Shown here in pieces: positions 62,950 to 64,000 of a stretch of 64,000 bases of DNA. The stretch is from the NCBI GenBank assembly GCA_029260715.1, contig JAJDCS010000008.1, positions 59,983 through 123,982 of the forward strand, given 5' to 3'. A program made the position numbers and the translations under genes. The notes below the pieces were generated by a model. The model was not told the origin of the DNA. It did no database searches and was given only the letters and a program-made list of their open reading frames with translations. This stretch comes from Phycisphaeraceae bacterium. Its GTDB lineage: Bacteria > Planctomycetota > Phycisphaerae > Phycisphaerales > Phycisphaeraceae. Positions within the stretch are counted from its first letter, which is position 1; each line of letters begins with the position of its first letter.

Positions 62950-63993
62950 TTAGCCCGGCAGCAGGCCCTGGTCGTCGGCGTCGGTTTCCAAGCGGTGGTA
63001 GATATTCACCACCCTCGCCAGCGCCTCGGCCAATGTCGGGGCGATCGAGGTGCAGGTCTGTACCAGCGCCCCGTCAAACGGCTGGTTGTGGTGGCGGAAC
63101 AGCACGATCACGGCCAGCGTCTCGGTTTCGTGCTGACACGGCACGGCCAGCAGGTGGCAGTCGGTCAGGAACGACACCTCACCACCCAGCCACTGGGTCA
63201 GCACGTTGTTTTCCGTGATGTGGACCGGCCACTGGTACTGCACCATCTTCGGCGCCAGTTCGTCGGCCAGGTGCTGGAGCAGGATCTCCGCGGATTCGGA
63301 GGAGCACTCGTAGTTGACGTAGCCGCCCAGTGAATACTCGCCGGGCTCGGTGTCGGACGGCAGGAAGATGGCCGCGTTCGTCGGGCCTGCTTTCTGAAGC
63401 AGGTATTCGAGCGTGTGCCGCAGGACCATCTCCAGGTCCAGCTCCTGGCGGACCAGCCCGGTGAACTCGCTGGTTTGAGACAGCAACTGGACCTGCTTGG
63501 CCAATTCCTGGTACGCAATCACCAGGTCGTTGCAGAGGATATCCACCTGCTGGGCGATCTCTTCGCGTGCCCGGTTGAGCTTCTTGCACACGCGGCGGAG
63601 GCGTTTGATCTGTTTGTGTTTTTCTTGGTCCGCGTGCCAAACGGCGATCGCTTGGTCGATCCGCTGGCGCACCTCGTCGGGGTCCAGCGGCTTGCTGATT
63701 ATATCCACCACGCCGACGCGCATCGCCTCGACGGCACGGTCGAGGCTGGGCTTATTCGTCATGATGATGGCGTGGGTCTGGGCGTAGCCCGTTCGCATGC
63801 GTTTGGCCAGCGCCAAGCCCGATCCATCCGGCAGGGTGGCTTCGATCAGTGCAAGGTCGACCCGTTGTGTGTTGAGGTGTTTGAAAGCTTCGGCGATGCT
63901 AGAGACCTGGACCACTTCGATACGCCCGGTCGGGACGTACTGGGTCACCTTCCCAGCGGTCTGGTTGTCTTCATCCACCACCATGACATGCAC
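62950..63993 (-). CDS. Response regulator with a coiled-coil linker and a GAF-like C-terminal output domain (no DNA-binding domain seen)
   Basis: REC domain (HVMVVDED...DLALIEATLPDGSG...IIMTN...IISKPL), a coiled-coil linker, then a GAF-like C-terminal region. Lies near the window edge. Confidence 0.7.
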   Translation of the reverse strand: MHVMVVDEDNQTAGKVTQYVPTGRIEVVQVSSIAEAFKHLNTQRVDLALIEATLPDGSGLALAKRMRTGYAQTHAIIMTNKPSLDRAVEAMRVGVVDIISKPLDPDEVRQRIDQAIAVWHADQEKHKQIKRLRRVCKKLNRAREEIAQQVDILCNDLVIAYQELAKQVQLLSQTSEFTGLVRQELDLEMVLRHTLEYLLQKAGPTNAAIFLPSDTEPGEYSLGGYVNYECSSESAEILLQHLADELAPKMVQYQWPVHITENNVLTQWLGGEVSFLTDCHLLAVPCQHETETLAVIVLFRHHNQPFDGALVQTCTSIAPTLAEALARVVNIYHRLETDADDQGLLPG

Positions 63994-64000
63994 CGGTCGT

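Noticed and set aside
1-64000. tRNA, rRNA, tmRNA, RNase P or SRP RNA genes; integrases, phage or plasmid modules; toxin-antitoxin pairs; restriction-modification genes.
   Set aside because: I scanned all intergenic gaps over 60 nt by eye. There are no cloverleaf-type T-arm motifs or other conserved ncRNA cores. No recombinase, portal, terminase, methylase or TA-like small gene pairs were found. The absence is by visual inspection only; tRNAscan-SE and Infernal would be decisive.

Overview
High-GC (spot counts about 65%) bacterial chromosomal segment. The gene content suggests Planctomycetota: fused SecDF, several PEP-CTERM proteins, a bacterial RRM protein, and DUF1570- and DUF4159-like proteins. 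This taxon call is inference only. Most of the window is housekeeping: tgt-yajC-secDF, dinB, pdxA, htrA, lptD, lptB, rluB, coaE, rho, nadE, lepA, asnB and argH. Signalling genes are interspersed: RR-GGDEF, a PAS-HK/FixJ pair, an FHA-GAF-HK, and an RR with a GAF-like output. I found no rRNA, tRNA, CRISPR array, integrase or prophage. The non-core content falls into five groups. (1) A divergent cluster at 11.0-14.1 kb holds a QueC-like protein with a degenerate PP-loop, a 2-TM miniprotein, a TPR protein, a class-I amidotransferase and an HhH-GPD glycosylase. This is my best candidate for an uncharacterised nucleobase-modification module, and it rests on inference. (2) Three PEP-CTERM cargo proteins are present: a 1030-aa protein with five ~138-aa repeats and dockerin-like motifs, and a lower-GC tail-to-tail pair. 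(3) Short mobile or repetitive DNA includes a 128-bp MITE-like element with perfect 15-bp terminal inverted repeats (TIRs), an inverted REP pair around a truncated REP-associated tyrosine transposase (RAYT)-like ORF, and a BIME-like mosaic 3' of rho. (4) A glycan or LPS-modification cluster lies at 52.2-59.6 kb. (5) Several unusual domain architectures occur: FHA-GAF-HK, a Wzz-like domain with a cytoplasmic coiled coil, an internally duplicated ABC-2 permease, and an orphan PD-(D/E)xK-like protein. All functional calls come from motif recognition by eye. No searches were run.
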